Both the position numbers and the translations under genes were made by a program. A stretch of 62,913 nt of DNA. Source: Flavobacteriaceae bacterium. Its GTDB lineage: Bacteria; Patescibacteriota; Minisyncoccia; Phycocordibacterales; UBA1006. This document shows positions 1 through 10,515 of the stretch, piece by piece. Position 1 is the stretch's first letter; each line of letters begins with the position of its first letter. The stretch covers positions 1 through 62,913 of the forward strand of contig JBLHIK010000001.1 in assembly GCA_047614005.1 (NCBI GenBank). Reading direction: 5' to 3'. Below the pieces are notes generated by a model. The model was not told where the DNA came from. It saw nothing but the letters and a program-made list of their open reading frames with translations, and ran no database searches.

Positions 1-947
1 GTAAGTGCTGATTTGAAACCAGTCACATGCATACCACCTTCTGCTGTATAGATGTTGTTGGCGAAAGGAACAATACGAGATGAAATATCATCAACATATT
101 GCAGAGCTATCTCTACACCTACATTTTCCGGTGTTTCTTTTTCAATATAGAAAATGTTTTTATGTATAGCTTTTTGGTCTTTGTTGTAATACTGAACAAG
201 AGACAAGAGACCTCCTTCAAAGTAGAACGTCTCGCTTGGCGCTTCATGTTCACTTTCGCTAAAGAAATAGAATTTACTTGTATCTATGTCTCCTTCTATT
301 TCTCGAGCATCAATAACAGTGATACGTAGTTTTTTTACTAAATATGCTTGTTGGCGAAGCTCTGTAACAATACGTTTGTAGTCAAAATCAATAGCATTAA
401 AAATAGTTTCATCAGGTCTAAAAGTGATAATAGTACCAGTACGATCTGACTTTCCAATCTTCTTTGTATCAGCTATTTTCTTTCCTATTGAATATTCCTG
501 TACATAGATACCTCCATCTCGATGAACCTCAGCCCGAGTAAGAGTAGAGAGAGCGTTTACTACCGAGGCACCTACACCATGCAAACCACCAGATACTTTA
601 TATCCATCACCTCCGAACTTACCTCCTGCATGAAGAGTCGTCATGATAGTTTCCAGAGCAGAAACCCCTGTCTTTCCATGTTTGTCTACTGGGATACCTC
701 GCCCATTATCTACAACACGAACAGTACTGTCAGGAAGTAGAGTAACTTCTACATGATCACAATATCCTGCCATAGCCTCATCTCGAGAGTTGTCAAAAAT
801 CTCACGTACAAGGTGATTAAGTCCATCTGGTCCAGTAGAACCAATATACATACCAGGACGTTTACGTACTGGCTCGAGTCCTTCGAGGACTGATATGTCT
901 TTTGCTGAATAACTTGATGTATCTTTTGAGTCTTTCTGTGATGCCAT
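1..947 (-). CDS. gyrB: DNA gyrase subunit B, N-terminal part (gene runs off the left edge of the window)
   Basis: Not in the ORF track because it is open to the window edge. My translation from ATG at 947 reads MASQKDSKDTSSYSAKDISVLEGLEPVRKRPGMYIGSTGPDGLNHLVREIFDNSRDEAMAGY..VDNGRGIPVDKH..GGLHGVGASVVNALS, a GHKL ATPase N-terminus typical of GyrB. Confidence 0.9.
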   Translation of the reverse strand, partial: MASQKDSKDTSSYSAKDISVLEGLEPVRKRPGMYIGSTGPDGLNHLVREIFDNSRDEAMAGYCDHVEVTLLPDSTVRVVDNGRGIPVDKHGKTGVSALETIMTTLHAGGKFGGDGYKVSGGLHGVGASVVNALSTLTRAEVHRDGGIYVQEYSIGKKIADTKKIGKSDRTGTIITFRPDETIFNAIDFDYKRIVTELRQQAYLVKKLRITVIDAREIEGDIDTSKFYFFSESEHEAPSETFYFEGGLLSLVQYYNKDQKAIHKNIFYIEKETPENVGVEIALQYVDDISSRIVPFANNIYTAEGGMHVTGFKSAL

Positions 948-1036
948 AATAAAACTGAATATATAATTAAAAAATAAAAGGCTAAAACCCTATTACCTCT
1001 CTAGTATAGCAAAAAAATATCAATTTGAATATGTTA

Positions 1037-2926
1037 TTATCGCACTTCCCAACCCTCTGAAGTGATATTTTCTTCAAGTTTTTTCATAATCAATCCCACC
1101 TTTTCGTCAGTAAGTGTTTCTTTAGATGATTGAAATACCAAACGATACGCGCGTGATATCTTGCCCTCTTTCTCGAATGTATCAATACACCTGGGATGAG
1201 TTGCAAGCAACTCTTCGTCTGAAGCAGAGAGAATATCCACAAGCTCTTTCTCTTCTACAGAAGAAGGCATCCAAACAGCAATATCTCTTACAATATATGG
1301 AAAGAGAGACCATGGATGGAAACCACTTTTCCTTTGAAGAGTAATATCAGAAAGCAAAACGTCCGATGAGGCATTTTCAAGAGAAAAATCTGCAAGGTTA
1401 TACTCTCTTACATTTTCACTTTCTTTATATGAAATATTTCCAAAGATTTCTTCTATTTTTTCATGAATATCATTGAGTTTATTTTTCCATTCTTCTTTTT
1501 TATCTTTTCCTTTATTTACTCCAAGTATAAGGTGTCTTTCTTCGGACGGAATAAACACTGTTCCTATTTCAAATAGAAACACCATCTCACCTCCTAAGAG
1601 TTCGCTAAAAGAAACATTGCGTGCAAGTGCGTCACTAAAACCAGACGCCAGGTTTTCTCGAAGATGACTCTTGTCTTTAGAAAAAGGATTCAAGAGAGCC
1701 ATCTTTCCTTTACTTTCAAATGTATATGTCAAAATATCATAATACCCTTCCTTGATAAGCAAGTCTCGAAGAAATCGCTCAAGAACAAAACTCTCATCAT
1801 GAGATATCGGTGCTATATGATTTGGAACTAGAGGCTTTATAGAGTTGTAGCCATATATGCGCCCTACCTCCTCTATGACATCTTCAGGGATAGAAACATC
1901 AAGCCTATCTTTAGGGATGGATACCTTCCACGAATCATCAGAAAAAGTAACAGCCCATTTCAATGCAGTAAAAATATTTTCAATATCATCTTGCATGAAC
2001 GTCGTACCTAAAAGACTATTGATATGAGCAAGAGAAATATCAACCGTTCTTTTTTCTTGTACTTCTTGATATGTGTCAGCAATAGTACTCACAAGAGTAT
2101 TTTCATTTCCTGAAAAACTCAATATATAATTTGTCAGTACCTCCATAGCAAGAGTCGCTCTCTCTGGAGTGAGATTGTTTTCATATCTCTTACTTGCATC
2201 AGTATGAAGCTTCATAGTGCGCGCTGTGGCTCTTGTCGATAGAGGTTTAAAGTTCGCAACTTCTATAAGAATATTTTTTGTATGATCATCTACTTGAGCC
2301 TTTATACCCCCCTTAATTCCAGCAAGTGCCAAAGGGGCGATACTATCTGCAATCACTACCATAGAAATATCAAGAGCTCGAGGTTCTTCTTCTCCCAAAA
2401 GAGTGATGATTTCTCCCTCTTTGGCATATCGTACGCAAATATCACCTTCGACTTTATCAGCATCAAAAACATGTGTTGGATTGTTTGTCTCAAAGAGTGC
2501 AATATTCGTAGCATCCACCACAGCGTTAATAGAGCGATTACCTGTATTCTCTAGAAATTCAATATACTCTTGTGGCGTTTCTGTGAAAGATATATTTTCT
2601 ATGAGGCGAAGCATGTATCTACGAACTTCTTTTGTTTCGAGAGTTATCATAGGAGCTTCAAGAGATTCGCTATACTGAACCGTTGGAGATACGTCTTCCT
2701 TGCATTCTTGTGAAGTAAGAGCACTCACTTCTCTAGCAACTCCAATATGACACAGACAGTCCCCCGCTCTGTTGGGCAGGACATCAATATCTATGATAGT
2801 GTCATTTCCTTTTGCTTCCAATCCTTCAAGTTCAAAAGAATGAAGCGAGAGCAAATCAGCCACTTTATCTACCGATGGAAGTGGAGTATCAAAATATTTT
2901 GAAAGATGTTTATAGCTGATTTTCAT
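1037..2926 (-). CDS. pheT: phenylalanine--tRNA ligase beta subunit (short form, 629 aa)
   Basis: Lies immediately downstream of pheS. PheT-like N-terminus (MKISYKHLSKYF..DIDVLPNRAGDCLCHIGVAREV) and a C-terminal anticodon-binding-like end (RDIAVWMP..AYRLVFQS). Confidence 0.85.
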   Translation of the reverse strand: MKISYKHLSKYFDTPLPSVDKVADLLSLHSFELEGLEAKGNDTIIDIDVLPNRAGDCLCHIGVAREVSALTSQECKEDVSPTVQYSESLEAPMITLETKEVRRYMLRLIENISFTETPQEYIEFLENTGNRSINAVVDATNIALFETNNPTHVFDADKVEGDICVRYAKEGEIITLLGEEEPRALDISMVVIADSIAPLALAGIKGGIKAQVDDHTKNILIEVANFKPLSTRATARTMKLHTDASKRYENNLTPERATLAMEVLTNYILSFSGNENTLVSTIADTYQEVQEKRTVDISLAHINSLLGTTFMQDDIENIFTALKWAVTFSDDSWKVSIPKDRLDVSIPEDVIEEVGRIYGYNSIKPLVPNHIAPISHDESFVLERFLRDLLIKEGYYDILTYTFESKGKMALLNPFSKDKSHLRENLASGFSDALARNVSFSELLGGEMVFLFEIGTVFIPSEERHLILGVNKGKDKKEEWKNKLNDIHEKIEEIFGNISYKESENVREYNLADFSLENASSDVLLSDITLQRKSGFHPWSLFPYIVRDIAVWMPSSVEEKELVDILSASDEELLATHPRCIDTFEKEGKISRAYRLVFQSSKETLTDEKVGLIMKKLEENITSEGWEVR

Positions 2927-2929
2927 AAT

Positions 2930-3637
2930 TTATATAATACTTGTATTAAACCTAGCATCTCCTCCATAGCTATATCGAACATCAGATACGCCGTATTTCA
3001 TCATCATAAGTCTATCGAGACCAATACCAAAGGCAAAACCTTGGTATTTTTTACTATCTATTCCAGCAGATTCTAATACAGATGGATGTACCATACCTGC
3101 ACCTAAGAGTTCTAGCCACTTTTCTTTGAAAATAATGTCTACTTCGACGCCAGGTTCAACAAAAGGGAAAAAACCAGGACGAAATCTCATCTCCGTTTCT
3201 TCTCCGAGGAATTTTTTCAGAAATGTCTCCAAGACCCCTCTTAAATGAGCAAGAGTGATATTTTCTCCTACCATCAGACCTTCAATCTGGTGAAATTGCG
3301 CCTCGTGAGTTGCATCGGTTGCTTCATTGCGAAATACTTTTCCTGGAACAATAATAGCAAAAGGAGGTTGATTGTTCTCCATATATCGTATTTGCACTGA
3401 CGATGTATGGGTACGCAATACATAAGGGCGACCTTCATCATCTTTTTTTGGTACGAAAAAAGTATCTTGCATATCTCGAGCAGGATGATCTTTAGGAACA
3501 TTGAGTGCATCAAAATTGTGCCACTGGTCTTCCATTTGTGGACCAGCTACTACAGAAAAACCAAGGTCTTCAAATATTTGAACTGCTTCATACATAACAG
3601 CATGAAGAGGATGAATGTGCGACTTCTTTTCTTTCAT
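2930..3637 (-). CDS. pheS: phenylalanine--tRNA ligase alpha subunit, catalytic core only (235 aa)
   Basis: Class II motifs HPARDMQDTFF, LRTHTSSVQIR, FRNEATDATHEAQFHQIEG, GAGMVHP and GFAFGIGLDRL. The ORF starts right at the HPL..IFEDLGF element. Confidence 0.9.
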   Translation of the reverse strand: MKEKKSHIHPLHAVMYEAVQIFEDLGFSVVAGPQMEDQWHNFDALNVPKDHPARDMQDTFFVPKKDDEGRPYVLRTHTSSVQIRYMENNQPPFAIIVPGKVFRNEATDATHEAQFHQIEGLMVGENITLAHLRGVLETFLKKFLGEETEMRFRPGFFPFVEPGVEVDIIFKEKWLELLGAGMVHPSVLESAGIDSKKYQGFAFGIGLDRLMMMKYGVSDVRYSYGGDARFNTSII

Positions 3638-3654
3638 ATTTCTATCGTATCACA

Positions 3655-4608
3655 CTATCTCATTTTTTTTGCTTTGAGTTTTTGTTTTTTAGAAAAAAAT
3701 TGTTTTATTTTCCCGATGATTCCAGTACACTCTGGACACCCTACTCTGTCACATCCTTCGCTACAACTATCACATGCAAGGAATTGTTTGTCACACATTG
3801 AATAAATACAGTTCACATACACGTCGTTTGGAGCGTGGCATTTTGAACATTGTGACAATATCTCGTGCTTTTCGCTATCTGTTTCAAAACCTATAGCAAC
3901 CCTGTTATCAAAAACATAGAGCTTTCCTTTAAAATCCTCATTAGGATATTTTTCCATATATGACACGATACCTCCATCGAGCTGATAGACATCAGAAAAC
4001 CCTTCATTGACGAGAAATCCACTCGCTTTTTCACATCGTATTCCACCAGTACATACTGTTACTACTGTCTTATCTCGTAAGTGTTCGAGACCAGATAAGA
4101 GTTCTGGCAAATCTTTAAATGAATCCATAGGCGGACACACTGATCCTTCAAAATTACCAATGATGTGTTCATAAGCATTTCTCATGTCAACAATAGTAAA
4201 TTCTCTATCGGAATGAATCCACTCATGAAGGGTCTCAGGTGAGAGTTTCTTTCCTGTTGTATGTTCTGGTGAAAAATCTGTATCCCCAAGACCGAGAGTT
4301 ACTATCTCGTCTCGAATTTTTATTGAGAGTTTTGGAAAAGCACTTCCAATGCCTCCGCTCCTCTTCCAGTGTATATCAGAGAATTTTTCTTGTGAATTCA
4401 TCCAGTCAATATATTTTTGTATATTCTCCCTAGCACCTTCGAAAGTTCCATTGATTCCCTCGTGGGCAACTATTGTACGCCCAGTAAGAACAAGCTCTCT
4501 GCACTTTTGTATCTGATCTTCTTTGAAGGCTTCAACATCTGGAATATCTGTATATTTATAAAATAAAACAATTTCATAATTTTTATTATCTTCTTTCGTC
4601 TGATTCAT
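3655..4608 (-). CDS. trhO: rhodanese-domain tRNA U34 hydroxylase-like protein (UPF0176/YceA family)
   Basis: LFYKYT N-terminal domain, rhodanese active-site loop CTGGIRCEKA, and a Cys-rich C-terminal tail. Confidence 0.75.
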   Translation of the reverse strand: MNQTKEDNKNYEIVLFYKYTDIPDVEAFKEDQIQKCRELVLTGRTIVAHEGINGTFEGARENIQKYIDWMNSQEKFSDIHWKRSGGIGSAFPKLSIKIRDEIVTLGLGDTDFSPEHTTGKKLSPETLHEWIHSDREFTIVDMRNAYEHIIGNFEGSVCPPMDSFKDLPELLSGLEHLRDKTVVTVCTGGIRCEKASGFLVNEGFSDVYQLDGGIVSYMEKYPNEDFKGKLYVFDNRVAIGFETDSEKHEILSQCSKCHAPNDVYVNCIYSMCDKQFLACDSCSEGCDRVGCPECTGIIGKIKQFFSKKQKLKAKKMR

Positions 4609-4731
4609 AAAAGATATGATATGTTAAAAAACAATACACTGCAAGGCATGTAATGTATTTACATTCGACACTCAATATAGTATAATAAAATTAAGAAATT
4701 GTTCTTAATAAAACCTTATAAAATTATAATT

Positions 4732-5220
4732 ATGGAAACCTCAGTTATTGAAACTCCAACAAAAGATTTTATTGCTGCGTATTGGATATGTAGCAATTTA
4801 AGAAAACAAGGGCAGATAAAATCATTTGAGAATTTTTTAAATAAGATGAAGCATCTCCCTGATAATATCTGGGATAAAATTCATCAATACAAAGAAAAGA
4901 AAGAAAATAGAAAAGAGGGAGAATGTTTCTACCCAATAACAAAGGGAGACAAATGGTCTATTGGTCTTAATCCTATTTTAAATTTTTTTAATGATATTAT
5001 TCAAGGAAATGTTACTGAAAGAGATGAGATTATGCAATCAATATCTATTGATTGCATTCTATACTTCCTTAAGGTAAATAATTTTTGCCTTAAGGAAAAC
5101 ATGAAAGTAATCACTAGGCACGTAGCAAGACACCTTAACTCATATGGGATTTATCTTTCTTTTTCTGAGGTTTTTATCCTTCTCGCTGAACTTGAAGATA
5201 AAAAATTAGAAGAGGTCTAA
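4732..5220 (+). CDS. hypothetical protein (AT-rich, only plus-strand gene in this stretch)
   Basis: ORF 4699..5220 in the track. The first ATG is at 4732 (METSVIETP). No recognisable motif. Confidence 0.5.
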   Translation: METSVIETPTKDFIAAYWICSNLRKQGQIKSFENFLNKMKHLPDNIWDKIHQYKEKKENRKEGECFYPITKGDKWSIGLNPILNFFNDIIQGNVTERDEIMQSISIDCILYFLKVNNFCLKENMKVITRHVARHLNSYGIYLSFSEVFILLAELEDKKLEEV

Positions 5221-5417
5221 TACCATAATTATTCTTTAAAAAAGCCAAGGTATTTTACTTTGGCTTTTTCTTATGCAATGTATTTTATCTGATATACTTA
5301 TAATATGAAAAAGATATCATTGGCTGTTGTCACAATATCACTTATCCTTATTGGAGTAGGTTTCTTCCTTGCATACAACGACAATGGCCCTACTACTCAA
5401 GATACGAATGCTTCTCT

Positions 5418-8400
5418 CTAACACTTCCCTTCAAGTAAATCATCCACAAACTCCATAGTTCCTTTGTAATCTTGTGAATATTTTGAAATATCTGGAAAAT
5501 CTAAATTCTTTATTTTTTCAAAAACTATATCAATAAGCTTTTTTAATTTCTCTATTTTTTGATCTTCAAAAGGTATTATCATGCTACCAAGCTCTCCATT
5601 TTTCTTTGGCTCGACGAAGAGAAATTCTCCATGACTCACTTCATATTTCCCTTTAAAATCTCGGGAGTTTTCAATAAGCAGTTTATAAAACATCATTTGG
5701 TTTTCATATGACCAGTATTTGAGCTTGTCATCACTCTCTTTTTCCAACACCTTTCCAGTCTTAAAATCATACACCGATATAGATTCTCCCTTATCGAGAA
5801 TATCTATCTTTCCAGAAAGAAGAGCATCTCCTACTACCACTCCTGGCCATGAGAAAGAATATTCGCTTTCAAAAGATGGTTGTATGGTTTTTTTATATCT
5901 TTCATAAAATTGCTTCAGTACTGCATTACCTTTTTCTATATATCTCTTTTTATCTTGTTCACTAATACGAGCTCTTTGCATTTCATTTTCAAATACTGTT
6001 TGTACATAAGAAAAAGCAGGAGGTTTTGTATCAAGTTTTGTTTTTACTACAGACATCTCAAGCGCCTTGTGCACAGCAGAACCAAACACATTTGAAACGC
6101 TCATGGGCTGAGGAAATCTCAAAATATTATTTTCAAAAAAAGCAACAGGACCACCGTATTTTAGATTGAGAAAGTTATTGAAATGAGTCACACTCATGCG
6201 ATAGTTCTCTAGGATGGGTTGCAAGAGCGCTTTTTCATCCGCCACAAAAGAACCTTTTGTGTAGTCAGGTACTGTCATTTGTAGAACAGGAGTGAGCTTG
6301 AGATTATCAATATCTTCATGAATACATTCTGCTTCCCTTCCAGCTAAAAAGCTCACTATTTCTTGCTCTTTTCCATTGTCTTTTTTGTTATGTGAAAAAA
6401 TAAAGAGATTATTCTTTGCGCGAGTAAGAGCTACAAAAAACAAACGTCTCTTATCATCCTCTGTGTCTCCCGCAGGAGAGAGAGGTAGGTTTTCTGGTAG
6501 CTTGAGTGTATTGCGTGAGTTATTGCTCTCCCACATGTCTTTTTGGGCCGATACGATACATACAGTGTGATACTCGAGCCCTTTTGCTTTGTGAGCAGAA
6601 AGAAGATTGACGGCATCATGCCCTCCCACAAAAGGACTTGTATCGTTTACGAACATATTGTTTTTCTCATGTATGTCTACGAAAACCACAGCATCAGATA
6701 CCGAGAGGACGCGGCCTTGCCTATATTCACGAAGTGCTTTTATGAAAACGCGCAGTGCAGAAAGAAACCTCAGATACTCAAAGAGCTTTTCATCTTTCAT
6801 TTTGTCTGAAAAATAATACTCTTTGTACGGAGAGACAAAATCTCTCTCGAGAGTATTCTCACTCTCTTGCATATCTTCTTCTAAAATATTACTTTTTCCT
6901 ATGAGTGATTCGAGGATGTACTCGACTGGCTCATATTGAGAGCGCGTTGCTACTGAAAGCAGAAAATCTCCTATAGTGCGCAATTCTTCATGTTCACTTT
7001 CCAAAATCTCGCTCATCCAGTCTGTCTCTTTTTCTTTGCTATTCTTTTTATATACACTACGAGATATTTGCCATATATATTTTCGTGGAATATTCCAAAA
7101 AGGAAATGAGAGTATTTCCTGCAAAAGAGCATCTCTTTGTGAATCATCAATATCCGTTTGCAGAGATACATCACAAAAACGAAGCATCACAATGAGCTGC
7201 CGTATATGCTCTTCCATAAGAACATTTTGTTGTCTTTCATACATGAGTGGTATTTTCGCTTCATGAAAATATGGCACAAGAGAAGAAAGCTCTTTGTGAT
7301 TACGAGCAATTACCGCAATGTCACTATAAGGCACACCTTCAGCATGTACCTCTTCTATTTTTTGTACAAGAGAGTGAAACTCATGTACTTGAGACGAATA
7401 TCCAAAGTGAGCAACCTTTCCTTCTATGCGTTCTGGGTTTTTTGCAGTCAATACTTTTTCTATGTCATCATACATATTTTCAAGGCGCTCTTCTCCTTCT
7501 TGTATAATATCTCGAGAGAGATTGAGGATGTCTTGAGTAGAGCGATAGTTATCTGTCATGGTGATGAGCTTTACATCATCATAGCGTTCTTTAAATTCCA
7601 TAATATGAGAAAGCTCTGCGCCTTGGAAGCGATAGATAGCCTGGTCGTCATCTCCTACTACGCAGATGTTTGGTTTGTTTTCATTATGATATGTATCAGA
7701 CAATGCTCTCACTATACGCATTTGAGCATCGTTGGTATCTTGAAATTCATCTACAAGCGTATAGAGGAATTGCTCCTGTAGCTCTGATCTAAGGGTCTCA
7801 TTTTCTTCAAGAGTGTGTACTACACGGACTATCATGTCGTCATAGTCATAATAACCTGACTGATACATCATATCCACATAAGAAGCATACATATCACTCG
7901 CTTCACGTAGAAGAGGTGCATAATACTGCGCAGTAAGAATATCTTTTTTATCTTTATCTTTTTTTATGTGATTTTTTTTCCATTCAGTAAGTGACTGTGT
8001 CTTTTCTGTTTCTTGCGCGATAGAGAGAGCTTTTTCAAGAGAAAGAAAGAGAACATCTCCAATAGCTTTAAAATAATGAGATGAGGTAGTGCTGTTTTTC
8101 TGAAAACTATCAAGAAGCTTTTGATACTCTCCTATAACTTTCTTTGAAAGTCTCTGACTACAAACCTCTTCTACTATGTCACCTACTTTTTTGAAAAATA
8201 GTTCATTTTCTGAAAGAATTGCATTGAAATCTTGAGGAGAGAGTCCACCTTTTTTCAAATCACGAATAAGGTTTTTCAAACTAGGTAAATGACTAAAACC
8301 TTTTTCAGGATGATATGATCGCAACAAGCTATCATGAGGAAGATTTTCAAATACTTCAGTAAAGATTTCGTGAGCAGTGAGCTCGTCAGCGGGAAGAAAA

Positions 8401-8750
8401 TGAGCACCATCAAAAAAGTATTCTGGATATCTCTCTATAATATGATTACAGAAGGCATGAAAAGTAAAGATACCTACCCTGTATGCCTCAGGACCTAAAA
8501 AACGAGAAAGTCTTTCTCTCATGTTGACAGCTCCCGCATCAGTAAAAGTAAGGCACAGTATTCCGTGACTTGGAGTATCTGTCTCTTTGAGAATATTTGC
8601 AACGCGAAGAGAAAGGACTTGTGTCTTTCCAGAACCAGGACCCGCCACTACCATCACGGGACCATCTATGGTATCCACTACTTCTTTTTGCTTGTCATTG
8701 AGACCATTATAGCTTGCTTCAAATTTCTTTTCATAATCAACTCGTTCCAT
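5418..8750 (-). CDS. UvrD/PcrA-type SF1 helicase fused to a C-terminal PD-(D/E)XK (RecB/AddA-like) nuclease domain
   Basis: Walker A AGPGSGKTQV, motif II VDEFQDTN, VGDDDQAIYRF, DNYRST, SAHKAKGLEY and FFVALTRAK. The C-terminus has GKIDILD..VYDFKTGK, a nuclease-like D..D/ExK pattern. Confidence 0.85.
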   Translation of the reverse strand: MERVDYEKKFEASYNGLNDKQKEVVDTIDGPVMVVAGPGSGKTQVLSLRVANILKETDTPSHGILCLTFTDAGAVNMRERLSRFLGPEAYRVGIFTFHAFCNHIIERYPEYFFDGAHFLPADELTAHEIFTEVFENLPHDSLLRSYHPEKGFSHLPSLKNLIRDLKKGGLSPQDFNAILSENELFFKKVGDIVEEVCSQRLSKKVIGEYQKLLDSFQKNSTTSSHYFKAIGDVLFLSLEKALSIAQETEKTQSLTEWKKNHIKKDKDKKDILTAQYYAPLLREASDMYASYVDMMYQSGYYDYDDMIVRVVHTLEENETLRSELQEQFLYTLVDEFQDTNDAQMRIVRALSDTYHNENKPNICVVGDDDQAIYRFQGAELSHIMEFKERYDDVKLITMTDNYRSTQDILNLSRDIIQEGEERLENMYDDIEKVLTAKNPERIEGKVAHFGYSSQVHEFHSLVQKIEEVHAEGVPYSDIAVIARNHKELSSLVPYFHEAKIPLMYERQQNVLMEEHIRQLIVMLRFCDVSLQTDIDDSQRDALLQEILSFPFWNIPRKYIWQISRSVYKKNSKEKETDWMSEILESEHEELRTIGDFLLSVATRSQYEPVEYILESLIGKSNILEEDMQESENTLERDFVSPYKEYYFSDKMKDEKLFEYLRFLSALRVFIKALREYRQGRVLSVSDAVVFVDIHEKNNMFVNDTSPFVGGHDAVNLLSAHKAKGLEYHTVCIVSAQKDMWESNNSRNTLKLPENLPLSPAGDTEDDKRRLFFVALTRAKNNLFIFSHNKKDNGKEQEIVSFLAGREAECIHEDIDNLKLTPVLQMTVPDYTKGSFVADEKALLQPILENYRMSVTHFNNFLNLKYGGPVAFFENNILRFPQPMSVSNVFGSAVHKALEMSVVKTKLDTKPPAFSYVQTVFENEMQRARISEQDKKRYIEKGNAVLKQFYERYKKTIQPSFESEYSFSWPGVVVGDALLSGKIDILDKGESISVYDFKTGKVLEKESDDKLKYWSYENQMMFYKLLIENSRDFKGKYEVSHGEFLFVEPKKNGELGSMIIPFEDQKIEKLKKLIDIVFEKIKNLDFPDISKYSQDYKGTMEFVDDLLEGKC

Positions 8751-8843
8751 GGGAGTATTATATCACAAAGGTTGAGAGCGCTTATGTGTTTGCATTCATA
8801 TATTTAGAGGAGTATACTAAATATGAACCAATAATCTCGTACT

Positions 8844-9260
8844 ATGAAAATAAAAAATAAAGAAGTACCAATGACATTTGAAGAAGAATTTGGCTTCGAA
8901 GAAACTAAAGAAATGTTTTTAAAACAACATGTTGATTTATCTCCGTCTGATCGGAAGAAAAAACTAGAGGGGTGGGAAAAAGAACAAGAACAAAAACAAG
9001 CTGAGCAAAGAAGAGCATCTCTTCTATATAGCATCACTCTGCGCATCAGAAAGCTATCTGAATACCCTTCTCGAATAGAAGCAAAAGAGATAAAGCAAAA
9101 AATGCAAAATAAAGGCATTAGAATTAAGGAATGTGATTTAACAATTAATGAAAAAAATTGTTTTCACAAACTACTCAAAAAACGTCCTGAAGGGAAAAAA
9201 ACAAGGGACGAACGCAAAATTTGCAAGAAGCTCCCAGATCATTATCACACTGCTGCTTAA
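8844..9260 (+). CDS. hypothetical highly charged protein
   Basis: 138-aa ORF, Lys/Glu rich, no motif recognised. Confidence 0.4.
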   Translation: MKIKNKEVPMTFEEEFGFEETKEMFLKQHVDLSPSDRKKKLEGWEKEQEQKQAEQRRASLLYSITLRIRKLSEYPSRIEAKEIKQKMQNKGIRIKECDLTINEKNCFHKLLKKRPEGKKTRDERKICKKLPDHYHTAA

Positions 9261-9379
9261 ACACTGCTGCGTGAAGTACAAAAAACTGCCCCGTAATATA
9301 CATTATTATCGGGGCTTAATTTTACCTAAAAATTTACAAGACTATCTACCCTTTTCTCCGTTATTTGATGGAGATTTTT

Positions 9380-9769
9380 TTATTTCTTTTTTTCAAAATC
9401 AAGAGAGACAGAATTGATACAAAATCTATTTCCTGTTGTTTCTTTTGGCCCATCAGGAAATACATGCCCAAGGTGTCCTCCACACATAACACATACAACC
9501 TCTGTACGCTCCATATCTAAAGATGTGTCTCTAACATACTCCACGGAACCTTCTTTTGCATTATCAAAAGAAGGCCAGCCACAACCTGAATCATATTTAT
9601 GAAAAGAATCGAAAATCTCATTTTGACATCCAGCACAACGATATATGCCACCTTCTTCGTGATGAAGATATTCTCCTGTACCAGGATATTCAGTACCTTT
9701 TTCTCGCAACACTTTGTACTGTTCTTCTGATAATTCTTTCTTCCAATCTTTTTCTACTTTTTTTATCAT
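9380..9769 (-). CDS. msrB: peptide-methionine (R)-S-oxide reductase
   Basis: CxxC..CxxC zinc sites (CAGCQNE, CVMCGGHLGHVF), GCGWPSF, and a catalytic RFCINS end. Confidence 0.9.
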   Translation of the reverse strand: MIKKVEKDWKKELSEEQYKVLREKGTEYPGTGEYLHHEEGGIYRCAGCQNEIFDSFHKYDSGCGWPSFDNAKEGSVEYVRDTSLDMERTEVVCVMCGGHLGHVFPDGPKETTGNRFCINSVSLDFEKKK

Positions 9770-9771
9770 AT

Positions 9772-10485
9772 TTAAAATTCTAAAGGTATCAAAATCTGCA
9801 TCAATGAGTCTTGTCCTTTATACAAATCTTCTTTTTCAAACAGAACCAGCACTCCTCCTTCAGTAAATACAATATCATCGAGATTCTCCCCCATGGTCGC
9901 TTGTATGATTGACTGTTTTTCTTCGTCAGTTCGCTCATTAGTAAGAAGTACTTCACGCAGTGCATTTGATAGTATTTGTTTATCAGGACTCGTTAAAGAC
10001 CCAAGGATATACTCATCCATGTCATTAAAAGGCTGACTAGGGTAATAAAGAGAAAGAACTTTTACTTCATCATTTACTATAAAAACGATAGAGAGTGTTG
10101 TAGTGGTATGAAAGAAAGTAGACTCTATAGTGAGAGAGCTTATATCTTCTTTATTTTTTTCTTCGGAGAGGATGTCTTGAATATAGTCATGGATATGTCT
10201 ATTGATATGACGCTCACGTATATCCCTGTTTTCTGTACGCACTTGAGGATATGACATCACATATGAAAAGCGTGGATCACCACCACTCATAGCATGAGAG
10301 AAAACAGACAGACTCTCCCCTGACAAAGTAATAGTATCTATATATGCTGCTTCAGTAGGAGCATTGTATATAAGGATATAACCAAAAAGAAATAAAGCGA
10401 GAACCAGCACAGATCGTCTATACCAAAAACGCCCACTAAAAAACTTTTTTATTTTTTGTTTATATATGTCGAGTTTTTCTTTCAT
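9772..10485 (-). CDS. hypothetical membrane-anchored protein
   Basis: 237-aa ORF with one N-terminal TM segment (VLVLALFLFGYILIY). Confidence 0.55.
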   Translation of the reverse strand: MKEKLDIYKQKIKKFFSGRFWYRRSVLVLALFLFGYILIYNAPTEAAYIDTITLSGESLSVFSHAMSGGDPRFSYVMSYPQVRTENRDIRERHINRHIHDYIQDILSEEKNKEDISSLTIESTFFHTTTTLSIVFIVNDEVKVLSLYYPSQPFNDMDEYILGSLTSPDKQILSNALREVLLTNERTDEEKQSIIQATMGENLDDIVFTEGGVLVLFEKEDLYKGQDSLMQILIPLEF

Positions 10486-10515
10486 GAAGTAAAGTATAAC
10501 AAATTTTATGTATAT

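Noticed and set aside
6376-7781. Several plus-strand ORFs (for example 7158..7781, 207 aa).
   Set aside because: They are antisense to the helicase-nuclease gene and have an AT-rich codon-shadow composition.
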